Below are positions 51,878 through 64,000 of a DNA stretch of 64,000 nucleotides, piece by piece. Origin of the DNA: Octopus vulgaris (taxonomy: Eukaryota); NCBI GenBank assembly GCA_951406725.2, contig OX597817.1, forward strand, positions 95,728,001 to 95,792,000, written 5' to 3'. The position numbers and the translations under genes were made by a program. The first letter of the stretch is position 1; every line of letters starts with the position of its first letter. The notes beneath the pieces were generated by a model that was not told the origin of the DNA, ran no database searches, and was given only the letters and a program-made list of their open reading frames with translations.

Positions 51878-52090
51878 GTTTCAAATTTTGCTACAAGGGC
51901 AGCCATTTTGATGGAAGGGTTATGTCGATTTCATTGAGCCCAGTGTTTCATTGGTACTTAATTTATCGACCCCGATAGGATGAAAAGCAGTGTCGACCTC
52001 GGCGGAATTTGAACTCAGCACGTAAAGGCGGAAGTAATGCCGCTAAGCATTTCGCTCTGCGTGTTAACGATTCTGCCAGTGTCCAGCCTT
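51430..52090 (-). mobile_element. Two SINE family 2 copies (51430-51643, 51877-52090) around a + strand Dong 3' tail (51722-51842)
   Basis: Family matches; the tail matches parts of 26255-26460. Confidence 0.8.
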
Positions 52091-52618
52091 ATTATTATTG
52101 GGAGTGTACAAACTCTTCCCGGTACAGTATTGTGTTGATTTTTTCGTTTGTTGCGTTACTGCTTCTACTATGTGTTGAGTGTGTAATGCCTTGGTTTATC
52201 AATTTAATAATAAATTTTACCAAGTAGTTTCGGTATGGAAAAGAACCATATTCGTTAAAAAATCTTATACAAGAAGTTTTTTTATATATAATTATAACAA
52301 TAATTAAGGGTTTAGCAACAAGTTGCTTCACCACATACAGAAAATTTAGAAATAGCAGCCAAAAGACCGTTATTTCTTTTCACTACAAAATATGACTCCA
52401 CATATAACAATATCTGTAACTCGCGTAAGTAAAAAGAAGGAAAAACAATGAAATCAAACGGTCTTCGATTAATTACGGACGCGTTTCTGGATTAGAATTA
52501 TAAAAAAATTCCTTTCTTTTGTCAACATAATATTTCGAGAATTATAAATTTCAAATTTCAAACTACTTGGTAAAATTTATTATTAAATTAATAATTTTTT
52601 AACCCTATATCTATAATG

Positions 52619-52656
<38 letters not shown>

Positions 52657-52772
52657 TAGATAGATATATATACACACATGCATGCTTGCATACATACATA
52701 CCCACACATGTATGTATGTATGTATGTATGTATGTATGTATGTATGTATGTGTGTATATATATATATATATA

Positions 52773-53350
52773 TGTAGCGGAATGTATACCCAAGCTGTTG
52801 TTGATGTAGCAGATGAGGATAGGCGTGTTAACGACATCCAAGTTAAACAAAGAGGAAAGTATCGGATTGTAGTTTAAATATTTTATTTGATCCACACTTA
52901 CATTTACATATTGGATACACAGAGTTTGATTCACAATATCAATGAAGGCTGCTAAATGAAGTTACCAACTGCTTCGAGTTGGCGAAGTAAAAAGGAACAA
53001 CAGAAGAAATATTGTGTCGATGTGATGAGGTAGAACCAGGCATGTTTTGTGTCTGTGTGTGCGTTGGTCGTTTGATAGGGTCACTAGTTGTCTGCCTACC
53101 TGTCGTGTGTCTGACTGTATTTATAATGGTCATCCTAGGTAGAAGATCATAGAAGTAATTGCGCCTGCTGTCTACTTGAACCCTTAGTGACACAACCCAG
53201 GTCGGATGTCGAATGGAAATCCATCATCACTTTTTGACAGAACAAAGAAATTTCTTTCGCGCCTGTTCGGCCAGTAGTGAATCAGGCGAGTGAGAATCCT
53301 TAGATTCGGTTTCGAATCTCAACTCGGAAAAGGAAATGTTAGCTTTTACA
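52773..53350 (-). mobile_element. Candidate solo LTR
   Basis: TGTA...TACA termini flanked by TATA; minus-strand TATAAAT (~53120) upstream of AATAAA (~52885). Confidence 0.35.
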
Positions 53351-53440
53351 TATATATTGTATAACTGCAACAAGTTTAACCCTTTAACATAAGTAGAAAA
53401 AAAAATTAATTCTTCGTGTTTATATGTATGGAGAATATAT

Positions 53441-53849
53441 TCTTTTATTCTTTTACTTGTTTCAGTCATTTGACTGCGACCATGCTGGAGCACCGCCTCT
53501 AGTCGAGCAAATCGACCCCAGGACTTATTCTTTGTAAGCCTAGTACTTATTCTATCGGTCTCTTTTTCCGAACCGCTAAGTTACAGGGACGTAAACACAC
53601 CAGCATCGGCTGTCAAGCGATGTTGGGGGGACAAACACAGACACTCGAACACACACACACACTTATATATACATATACATATATATGACGGGCTTCTTTC
53701 AGTTTCCGTCTACCAAATCCACTCACAAGGCTTTGGTCGGCGCGAGGCTATAGTAGAAGACACTTGCCCAAGGTGCCATGCAGAGGGCTTGAAACCCGGA
53801 CCCATGTTGTTGGTAAGCAAGCTACTTACCACACAGCCACTCCTGCGCC
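53441..53849 (-). mobile_element. tRNA-derived SINE family 1
   Basis: Full-length copy starting GGCGCAGGAGTGGCTGTGTGGTAAG on the minus strand. Confidence 0.85.
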
Positions 53850-54264
53850 TAGATATAAAGATATTTTTTCACAGAGTGTATGTTCATAGTTCACCTGAAA
53901 TCATATTGGTATAGATATTCGTAAGGTGAGTTTAGCATAAATAATTTATAAAAACATATATAATAAAAACGAGAAGGATGGAAGGGAACAAAGAAAAATA
54001 AGGAATCACATGTTGCTTACAGTCTTTTGAATAGAAAAAAGGTATTAGTATATGCATTTTTTAGTTTGGCGGCTAAAAAGGATTTTTTTTTTTTGTGTGT
54101 GTAATAAAGGAAAAAGTCATATGACCTCAATCGAGTTTCGATGATTTCAGCTTTTTAAAGTTTTATCTAATCGATTTCTATTTTTATAAGAAGGGTGTTA
54201 TCTATTTCCAGAGAGTGTCAGTCCATTTTTTGTGGGGGTATTGTCGCTATTATTTGTGTTGGTG

Positions 54265-55232
54265 GGATCTTTTCATTTTGAAGGCCAGATTTTTCAGATT
54301 TTTCTAGTTAACTAAATAATTTTAAACTTCGTATACTGGTAGAATGTGTCAAAAGAAAACATTAATTTCAACTAGTTTTTTTAAGAAAAATGTATTTTAT
54401 AAGTTTAAACGTAGTTTAAATCTGCGAATTTTAACCAATCGTATTGTCTGTTTTCATTTGAAAGCATTAACTGCATAGTGTTACTGTGACGTAGACAGCT
54501 ATTTTGTGAAATTTTTAAACAGCGTGGGTAAGCAGTAAGCAAACAGCTGTGGTAGATGTGGTTATCATGGCAGTGGTGGTGGTGGTGTAGTGGTGACAGT
54601 GGATGTGTATGATGGCAGCAATTATAGTGTTGGTGTTTTTGTAGAGGTGGTGGTGGCGGCAGTGGATGATGATAGTAGTAGTGGCATTGATTATGTTAGG
54701 ATGTCTCAGTGGTGGTTGTGAAGATGATTCTGATATTGATAGTCTTTGCATTGAGGTGGCGGCAGAGTCAGAGTAAATAATAAGAGCCCAGTTATCACAA
54801 GATTCTTAAATTTCGGAGATCATAAGATAGAGAGCAAGAAGTTAAAAGTTCCAATACTGGCCCAATTCCTACACCCCAGATTCTTCAACTATTTTATAAG
54901 AAAGGGGTTAATGGCAGGATAGGGATTCAGCTTAAAAATAAATTGTATAACAAAAAATACATAAATAAATTACTCCTCCAACGATGTAATTTTAGTATGT
55001 GTGTATGTATGTATGTGTGTGTGTGTGTGTGTGTATGTATGGATCAAAACAGTTTGATTCAAATTCTGTGGTACTTATATATTTATACATACATATACAT
55101 GTAGATGTATATAACATATATATATATTGTATGTAAACATCTTTTATATATATATAATGTATGCATCTATAATACACACACATTATAAATATATACACAT
55201 ATATGCATATGCATTAGAATATGTGTGTATAG

Positions 55233-55285
<53 letters not shown>

Positions 55286-55857
55286 TATGTTTGTATACAT
55301 GTGTGTGTAGCTATTTAGGATCTACACAAATTTTATATATACTCCACGAAGTTTGAAAGTGTTTGGTTAGAAAAAATTATTTTTTAAATCTGTAGGTCAA
55401 AAGGTAAAGATCCGGTATTTTAAATTTTTGTTGCATTTCTAATCTTTCTGATGTCTAAGGATGGATATTTATGCGTATGAATCTTTTTCTTTTTATTTAG
55501 TTTCAAATATAATTCTAGGGAACTGAAAAAGCTGTGTACGATGCCAAGCGAATTTAGCTGTTTACGATAAGCGGATGTTTACATTTTAGCTATTTACATG
55601 TTTACGTTAACTACGTCACAAAATAGCTGTTTACGTCACAGTAACAATATTTTGAGAGGCAGTAAATGATATGAGGTCGAAAGAAAGAATACCATTGGTT
55701 AAAATTCGAATTATTAAACAACGTTAAACTTAGAAATTACAATTCCGTTTTCATTTTGGTTTACAATTATGTTTTCTTTTGACACATTCTACCAGTATAC
55801 GAAGTTTCAAATTGTTTAGTTAACTAGGAAAATCTGGCCTTCAAAATGAAAAGATCC
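54265..55857. mobile_element. Non-autonomous long-TIR DNA element, same family as 43341-44231
   Basis: GGATCTTTTTCATTTTGAAGGCCAG / CTGGCCTTCAAAATGAAAAGATCC; 9-bp TSD GTGTTGGTG. Confidence 0.85.
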
Positions 55858-56076
55858 GTGTTGGTGTTGCTGTTCATATTACAAGTCTGAATCTAGTGCA
55901 ACGAAGTGGACCTCTCCAATGTTTACAATTCTGTTTTGGTCCACATGCGTATTCATTGAGGTATACTCATATATAAACATTTATATACACATACGCACAT
56001 ACATACATGCACACATACATACACACACATGCACGCGCACGTACACATGCATATAAAAAATATGAGGGGATAAGTA

Positions 56077-57367
56077 CGAGGGGCGTTCAATAAGTAATGC
56101 CCCTGACCCACTTCCCATACCAGTAGAGCAACGGAACTTGGCACAGTTATTGGTCTTTTTCTACATAGGAACCACTCAGAGTTACGCATTTCTCCCATCG
56201 TTTGATCCAGCTCTGGAGACCGTTTTTGTAAAAGACCCCAGCTTGGTCCTCCATCCACGACGTGACTTTAGAAATCAAGGCTGCATCATCTGGAAAATGC
56301 TTTCCTTTCAAAAACAATTTCATGGCTGGGAAGAGGTGAAAATCAGAGGGTGCAAGGTCAGGAGAGTAGGGGGTGGGGGAGGAGTTCATAGCCGCACGCC
56401 TGTGCTTCTGATCTGGCGACACGCGAGTTGTGGACCGGAGCGTTGTCCTGCAGGAGGAGGATGCCTTCGCTGATCTTGCCCCGCCTCTTGATTTTGATAG
56501 CTTCTCTTAATTTCCTCAAAAGTGAAGCATAATAGGCTCCTGTAATTGTGGTACTCTTTGCCAGGAAATCTATCATCACTACTCCGTCCTGGTCCCAGAA
56601 GACTGTGAGCATGACCTTGCCAGCAGAGGGCTGCACCCTTGCCTTCTTTGGAGGAGGTGAGTCACGGTGCTTCCGCTGCATTGACTGGGCTTTGGTCTCT
56701 GGATCATAGTGATGGACCCAGGTTTCATCCTGTGTAATCAGTCTTTTGAAAAAGTTTGACTCATCTTCTTGGTACGTCTCCAAATTCATCCTCGAGCACT
56801 CAACGCGTTCTTGCTTCTGGAAAGGTGTGAGCAACCTGGGAATCCATGTGGCAGACACCTTTTGCATATGCAAATGGTCATGAATGATAGTTTCCACTGA
56901 CCCGGTACTAATCTTGACCTCATGGGCTATTTGGCGAATAGTTATGCGTCGATCTTCCAAAATGGCAGCCTCAACTTGACGGACAGATGCCTCATCAATG
57001 GCAGAAGGTGGTCGACCAGATCTGGGAGCTGTTTCCACAGAGTTCCGACCATGTTTGAATTCACAATGCCAGCGTTTTACAAGGTCATATGATGGGGCAT
57101 CATCACCATAAGTTACTTTCATTTCATCAAAAGTCTCCCGTGGTGTGCGTCCTTTCAAATACAAAAACCAGACCACTGCTCGACACTCAACAGGCTCCAT
57201 TTCACACTTGACTCAGTTCAAACACCTGTAAATCAGAAACCACAATTAGTTCAGAGCTGTAATTTGCCACTTAATATATAGAGATATAAATAATTGCACA
57301 TGCAAAATTTCAACTAGATCACACACCTGGAAGTGGTTCAGAGGCATTACTTATTGAACGTCCCTCG
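56077..57367 (-). mobile_element. Full-length mariner transposon
   Basis: TA|CGAGGGGCGTTCAATAAGTAATGCC ... GGCATTACTTATTGAACGTCCCTCG|TA. Confidence 0.95.
56147..57200 (-). pseudogene. Mariner DD34D transposase with one frameshift near 56370
   Basis: WIPRLL, TQDETW, LQDNAP and YSPDLAPSDFHLF in two overlapping frames. Confidence 0.92.
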
Positions 57368-57547
57368 TATGATCCAGGCCATCATCTCGTTAGGTTCATG
57401 TAAGAATCTAGTTAGCGTAGAATTCAGTTACCTGAATAAATATCAAACTCCCATAGATTATAAAGAAGAGCACTTCGTAAATCCAAGGTATAGTGCAATA
57501 GGCATAAAATAGAAAGCACAAAGTGATTGCAGGTTCACACACACACA

Positions 57548-57580
<33 letters not shown>

Positions 57581-58244
57581 GGATAATAGCGGGAAATGAC
57601 TATGGTTTGACAGGCTTGGTATCGTTCGATTGTTGAAGTGACTTATGTGATAAAAGTACTTTATAAGTATGATAAGAGTATTCTGCATATTAGTGAAACT
57701 TGAGATTAAGACTGAAGCATTGTTGAAACAATAATGACAACTGGATAAAGATAGCGACAAATGTACATAAAATTTATGAAATTTACTACATTTGGTTGGC
57801 AACAAGTCTGAATAGATGAACACACATTAAACACGATATATTCATAAATACATTGGTCCCACATACCCCGCATATACCTTTTTGGAATGAATTGGGACCG
57901 TAAATAGGAAATGCGTCAACCCCAAAACAAAACAGACATGCTAGTTAGACTCAAGAACAAATACTTTGCAGTACATTACTCACAATACATACATATAGCA
58001 TTACGTAGCTGTAGTATTAACATAGTATGTATATTTCGTATGTTAGTGAATCTTACTCTATATTGAACTGTATCTAAAGTATGTTATTAAAAAAAAACCT
58101 TCAGTGCATCGGATCGTAATTTCAGGTTTGCTCTTGTGAAGTGTAACACAATTTGGTATCTCGCATTGACTTTCTCCACTCTGTCTATTTTTATATATGT
58201 ATATACAGTATATACAATAATATATACATATAATAATAATACAG

Positions 58245-58312
58245 CACTAAAGGCGGTGCTCCAGCATGGCCGCAATCTAATGACTGGAACAGGTAAAAGA
58301 ATAAAAGAATAC
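58245..58312 (+). mobile_element. SINE family 1 3' tail fragment
   Basis: CTAAAGGCGGTGCTCCAGCATGGCCGCA...AAAAGAATAAAAGAA. Confidence 0.65.
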
Positions 58313-58323
58313 ATATACTAACA

Positions 58324-58361
<38 letters not shown>

Positions 58362-58849
58362 AACTTCGTTTTTGTATCTGGTTTGCAAGATTCTTTATGT
58401 GAATTCGTGTGTTGAAACAAATTTTGTTGTGTCTAGGGAGAGTCATTACGCCGATATAATTAACACATGCACTGTTTCAATTCCACTCCTTTATTATTAG
58501 TTAATTCGTTAAATATTCAACTAACTAATTTGTTTTGTTGCTGTCAGCGTTGCTTGTGCTTGTGTATGTACGTATGTACATATGTATGTATGTATGCTGC
58601 ATATTCATGTGTTTGTGAGTATGCATGTGTACCTGTTGTGTATGCATGTGTGTCTATATATGCTTTTGTGTGTTGTGCGTGTGTGAAATGTGTGTGTATA
58701 TGTGCTTCTGTCTCCTTACCCGTGAGTGTGTGTGTTAGCTTGTCTGTCTGTATTACCTATGTACCTACCTACCAATCTATCTATCTATCTATCTCTTTCT
58801 CCTTATATATATATTTCCTTATATATGTATTTCCTACCTACTATAGGTA

Positions 58850-61800
58850 ACGTTTCATTTATGAAGACGTACCCATGTATTTAAGTGATGGCTCCATTGG
58901 ATACTTAGACAAAATGCAGATGTCAGTTCCCCCAAGTGTGCCGCCATATTGGTCTTTGACATGTTGATAGTGTATGGAGAATTGTTTCTTGTCATTATAT
59001 TATCTCGAGTGTCCATTTAGTCGTGTCCCCTATACTCCTAGAAGTCGTGTTTTTGTCCTTACAAACTCCTTCTATGCACCATATGCTGTAGACTACGTTT
59101 CTAGTTTTACAGTTAATACCAGGGTTAATCTTACATACTACAAAGATCTCATTAGTGCATGTGGTATTCTCAAAGATCTCATTAGTGCATGTGGTATGTC
59201 CTACATAATTGTGATCTGATGGGGCTCCCTGGCTTCTCAACAATTTTAATGTTGAGTTGGGTGCCGTTCATAGCCTTCCTAAATCTACTGCTAATTCCCA
59301 TGAGGTATGGCCTCTACAAACGTCACTCCACTAAGTTCGTTGAGAAGCCAGGGAGCTCATGTTTCTTGTCAACCGAAACTAGTGTACCTTGGAAGCATCC
59401 GTTTCGCAAGTGGAGACCACACCCGTTCACCATCGAGGAGAAGCCAGAGGTGCCTCAACTTCAGCGAATGCTTGTGCATCAACAGCCAAGACATCCTTAG
59501 TTCTCCTTTCAATGGCTTCTGACAAGTGGAGTCGAGCCCTTCCACAAAAAGCGGAAGATCTGTCTCTCCAACTTGCTCAACCACGAATCAGGACAGGAAA
59601 CGACGTTTAAACTGTAAATAATGACCAATGCGATAAACAAACACATTGGCCACCTCCACCCTCCTTTTCAAGGATAGCCACTGCCAAGATCAGGTCTTGA
59701 TTATGAGGGTCACCTTGCTCGATACCTCTGCCCAGTTCTTTTCTACCTGTAGGTCTGGGTCAAACCAGACTCCTAGCAATTTAACCGGACCCTCCATCCA
59801 ACGTCCCACGATGCTATTAGAAGGCACCGACTTGCCCCTCCAGGTGCCGAGTTGCAAGCCGACTGATTTTTCCCGGTTAATCTCTGCTCCTGCCACCGTC
59901 TCGTAAACCTCAATGGTTTCGCCTACCCTATGTAGGTGTTCCATCTTGGTCACGATGATGGTGATGTCGTCCGCGTATGCTGAGACCGATTCTCCGTCAA
60001 CTGGTTCCCTCGGGATGCCACACAACTTTCGCAGTAACGGCTCCAGAGCCATTACATACAGAATCAGTTAGAGTGAACATCCTTGGCGAACCGAGTGCAT
60101 GATACAGAACGGCTTAGAAAGAAAGCAGTTCACCCGAACGATCGAATCGATGTCATATAACTGTGTGATCCACCTGAGGAAGCCAAGACTGAGCCCGAAC
60201 TGCGCGATAACGGACACCAGGTAGCGATGGTCAACCCTATCGAATGCTTTAGATTGGTCTAACTGGACCAGAGCCCCACCCTTGACAGAATCATTACCTT
60301 CTAAGGTGTAATGTATAAGATGGAGATTATCCTGGATGCTTCTGCCGGAGACAGTACAAGTCTGTGTCTTGCCGATTAGACCATCCGCGACAAGCACCAA
60401 TCTTTTTGCTAGCACCTTGGCCAAAATCTTCAACTCTGTATTTAACAGAGTGATGGGCCTAAAATTATCTATTCTATCCCCCTTGTCCAGTTCCTTTCTG
60501 ACCAGAGTCATCACTCCCCGGCGCACAGACATGACAATCATTCCGTTCTGCTGCCAGTTCGTATAAAACCCGGCCAGTAGGTGCCCGAACACGTCTGGCA
60601 AACTTTTATATAATTCGTAAGGTAGACCATCAAGACCCGGCGCCCTACCAACGCCGCAACCTGCTATAGCCTCTATCACTTCCTCAGATGTGATCGACCC
60701 TTCACAGCACTCCGCATCCCGCCTCGAGAGATGCGGCAGCCCAGCGAGGAAGTCCGTAAGATCCAACCTACTATTCGGTCCATCGCTCCCCACGAAAAGC
60801 TGGGCGAAATGCTCCTGAATAGTCTTACACATCTCCTCGGGTTCATTTATCAACTCACCTTGTAGGTTCTCCACATATCGAACTGTAGAATTATTTCCAC
60901 GTTGGGCTTCCACCACTCGGGCCCATCCAGCGGTCTGATCCTCTCGCAGCTCATTGCACGAAGTCTAGCCTTGACAATATACCCCATGTGCTTGGCTTCG
61001 AGGTGCTGGTTTAGTTCCAGTCTCTTCACCTTCATCTTAGATGCACAGCCAGCCACCATGCCTTCTTCTAGAGCCTTACCTAGTTCTTCTTCCCTCCTAC
61101 GTTCTCTAGCCACTAAATCTATTCTATATCATCTAATAGTCTCAAATTTAATGGCTCTTTTGCGGGCATACTACAATTTCTTGTTAATAATGGTATCTGT
61201 CAATGCCCTCTGTATCAACAACTTAATCTTGTTCCTGTACTCTTCAATCGCCAAAAGGGACTTGTTGAGTTTCCAATAGCCGGAGCTTTTACCAAGTAAC
61301 TTATCTAGGTTCAGCTAACAAGTGACAAACTTGTGATCACTGTAGCTGACCGGGTGAAACTGTGGACACTTAGCTACGTCCTTGTATATTTTTCTAATTA
61401 GGATCCTATATATGTACGACCCTGAAGACCCGTCGCCACTTAACCACGTCCACAATGGGGCATTCAAGAATTCTAGTCTGTATGGATCTACTAGCTGAAA
61501 GCGACTTAGTAGATCTCGGAAGCCAGGATGCGATCTCCTATTCGTACTCGAGCCAACACTATCCATGCGTGCATCGTGAATAGTGAAAAGTCTCCTAACA
61601 AGACTAACGGATGCGTGTACCAAGAAACTTCTCTAGGTCTCTAAAATACTCAGTCATCCAGAATTGGGGGCGTAAATTGCCACCAGTTTGATTTTCTTAC
61701 CATAACTGAAAGTCAAATCTAAGACGACCAGCCTACCTTCTGGGTCAGCAAAAATCCATCTTTTCTCTGAAACCCGGTTTCTTTTTAGTAGGACCAACAT

Positions 61801-63480
61801 CCCACCTCCGCCAGCAGGCCTGTCTGGAGAAGTAAATTTCTCGTAACTGTCCAGCAGCGGGAGCAGACCTCTTGGTCCTTTTAACCATATTTCAGTAGGA
61901 ACAATAACGTCTAACTTTCTTGACCTAACATCATTTAAGAAATGCCCTTGTTTCCAACTTGACGTCAGGCCACGCACATTTAAACATCCTACGTGAACAG
62001 CCATAAATCTTACCTTAGTTAATCAGATAGTTCATCGCTTTGAGGCGGAAGTGGGGAATCCGCCTCCTTTTCTTTTTCTCGGTCTCGTGGAGTTGGAGTG
62101 TGTATGCCCTCGTACATTTGAGGTGATATATCCCATGTCAAAGGGCCTACATCATCTCTAAAGTCATTTACAAATATATTATAAGTTTTTCGATCAACCT
62201 TGTATATCTCACACCTGTCTCTCACATCTTCGTTCTCTATTTTTTAAATATTTTTTATACATTCCAGGCGCTTTACCAGCCTCCTTTGAGAAACTCTCAC
62301 CGCCATATACAATTCCTCCTATTTTTTCTGGCTTTTTCACCTTTTTTACAGTTTCTTGGGTCTTTTCTGGGGAGGTTGGTTTCATTTTTCTTTTGTTTTT
62401 TACGATTGCCCAGTCCTCCCCTTCTTTGTTATTCTTTGGCGCTCTGCTTTTTGTTCTTCTGCTTTGTTTTCTTCTTTCTCACCTTCCTCTTCTTTTCCTT
62501 CCTGGGAGGTTTTACATTCTGACCTAATGTGGCCTTTCATGCCACACTTCCAGGGTTAGTGTCTCCGCTTGAATCAACATCTTCACTGTTTGACTCGTCC
62601 ATTTCTTTTCTTCTTTAACTTTTGCTAATAACAGCGTTATTTTCTCTTCCAAATCCAGCATTATTGCCGCTACTAGCCATTCAGCATTGACCTCCGGCGG
62701 TATATTGCCAATTTTAATCCTCGAGGTTCTCCTCCCCATGTATATGGGCATGAGTACCACCTCCTCCGTTCTCAATGGTTCGACTGAGTGAAGTTTTGTT
62801 TTCTCGGCCGACTCCATCCTCACATCAATGGTTGCATATCTTTTTCCTCTCGTTAAGTGTTTGATCTCTCTCCATATGGGCTTCAAACATTTTTCTATAT
62901 ATTTTTCTTGAACATATTCTATTTTTCTCTTTTACATTACATGATTTGTATATAATCGTCTTTTGCAACATATCTGTTGCAATATCTTGTGGAGGGACCA
63001 CTTTAATTTCGGTCCCCTCCCTTGACAATAAATTCCTATGTTCCTTCAACTTTTCAGTGTTAATTCTTTTTGTCTTGCTCCCGGCTGCTGCCGCAAAGTT
63101 CATCTCTATTGTATTACTTTGCGCTTCACCAGTTGCAAGACTAAGTACTGCTATGTTCTTCCTTACAATTCGTAACTAAAGCATTTCCATTCTAGATGTT
63201 TTAGTTGTACTAGGCTCATGCTGGTTGTTCTTCGGTGAGTCTTCCCTTTGGCACTTCTTCGGTGAGTTTTGGTTTGGAGAGCCGCTCTCCAAAGACAATC
63301 ATTTTGGTGTATTTACTTGTTTCATTTCAAAATGGCAACACACAAAAATTCGCGCAGAAAATTATTATAAACAACAATTTGCTTTACAATAAAGCAATAA
63401 ACGCTTCTCTTTTTAAAACAAATATCAACAACAACAACAATTTTCTCACCTTCAGTAATAACACAACCAAACAATGTTCT
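58850..63480 (-). mobile_element. Near full-length Tx1/L1-clade LINE, decayed (ORF1, APE endonuclease, RT)
   Basis: ORF1 pieces 62019-63180; CLNVRGL...AIYAPN...SDHKFV; APGLDGLPYE, FRPITLLNTELKILAK, LDQSKAFDRVDH, VRQGC, AYADDITI; ends approximate. Confidence 0.88.
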
Positions 63481-64000
63481 AAGAAATTTCTTTCTTTCTT
63501 GCCCACAAGGGGCCAACGAAGAGGGGACAATACAGAACATATGGGGACATATAACATATGAAGATGAATGATATTTGTACAAATGAAGATGAGACGGCCA
63601 CCCCGGCTCCACTCTGTGTTTGTTTTACCTGGTTTCTTCCTTTTCCTTTTCTTACCGGCTGCTTCCCATTCTCCTGATTCACCTTCTTTTTCTTCTGTTT
63701 CTACTGGTGGTGGTAGAGGTGGTGGTGTTACTTCTGTTTTTCTTGCTTGTTCTTCCTCCTTTTTGTCTTGTAGAGGTCAGTTTGTCTAATGGTGGCCTGG
63801 AGAACCGCTATCTCTTCCTCATTATCGAGTAAGACAGGGGCTGCTATCCAGGCTGCGTCAACCTCTGGTGGGATTCCTTCCATACTGACCTTTACCGAGC
63901 GTCTTCCATGGTACGTAGGAAACAACATCACTTCGTCGCTCTTTAAAATAATTGCCGTATTCATCCTTGCGAAGTCCGCATCTTTAAATCTTACTTCTAT
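63481..64000 (-). mobile_element. Second Tx1/L1-clade ORF1 fragment
   Basis: LFPTYHGRRSVKVSMEGIPPEVDAAWIAA parallels LMPIYMGRRTSRIKIGNIPPEVNAEWLVAA of the downstream ORF1. Confidence 0.7.

Noticed and set aside
58350-58500. Microsatellite-flanked segment with GAAAC, checked for a hammerhead
   Set aside because: No CUGANGA strand or consistent stems in any order.

Overview
AT-rich, repeat-saturated eukaryotic DNA with no host exon I can support. The repeat families suggest a cephalopod (Octopus-like) genome; that is inference. Contents: Penelope-like elements (PLEs), including an RT/GIY-YIG ORF with a 5' inversion at the window start; many R4/Dong-like restriction-like-endonuclease (RLE) LINE fragments in (TAA)n and (TACA)n microsatellites; Tx1/L1-clade and RTE LINE remnants; three tRNA-derived SINE families; DNA transposons (Chapaev3, hAT-Buster with a perfect TSD, several mariners, a maT/DD37D-like element, long-TIR elements, Helitron/Helentron derivatives). 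Most ORF-track entries are microsatellite artefacts. The main finding is a set of hammerhead ribozyme motifs. Two are minimal type I hammerheads (1711-1755 and 12031-12068). Three more (21113-21180, 21524-21588, 21896-21960) lie in two related (TA)n-flanked repeat families and have their three strands in a non-circularly permuted order: stemIII-UH-stemI, then stemII-GAAA-stemIII', then stemI'-CUGANGA-stemII'. The stem sequences differ between the families while the pairing is kept. All pairings were read by eye, and activity is untested.
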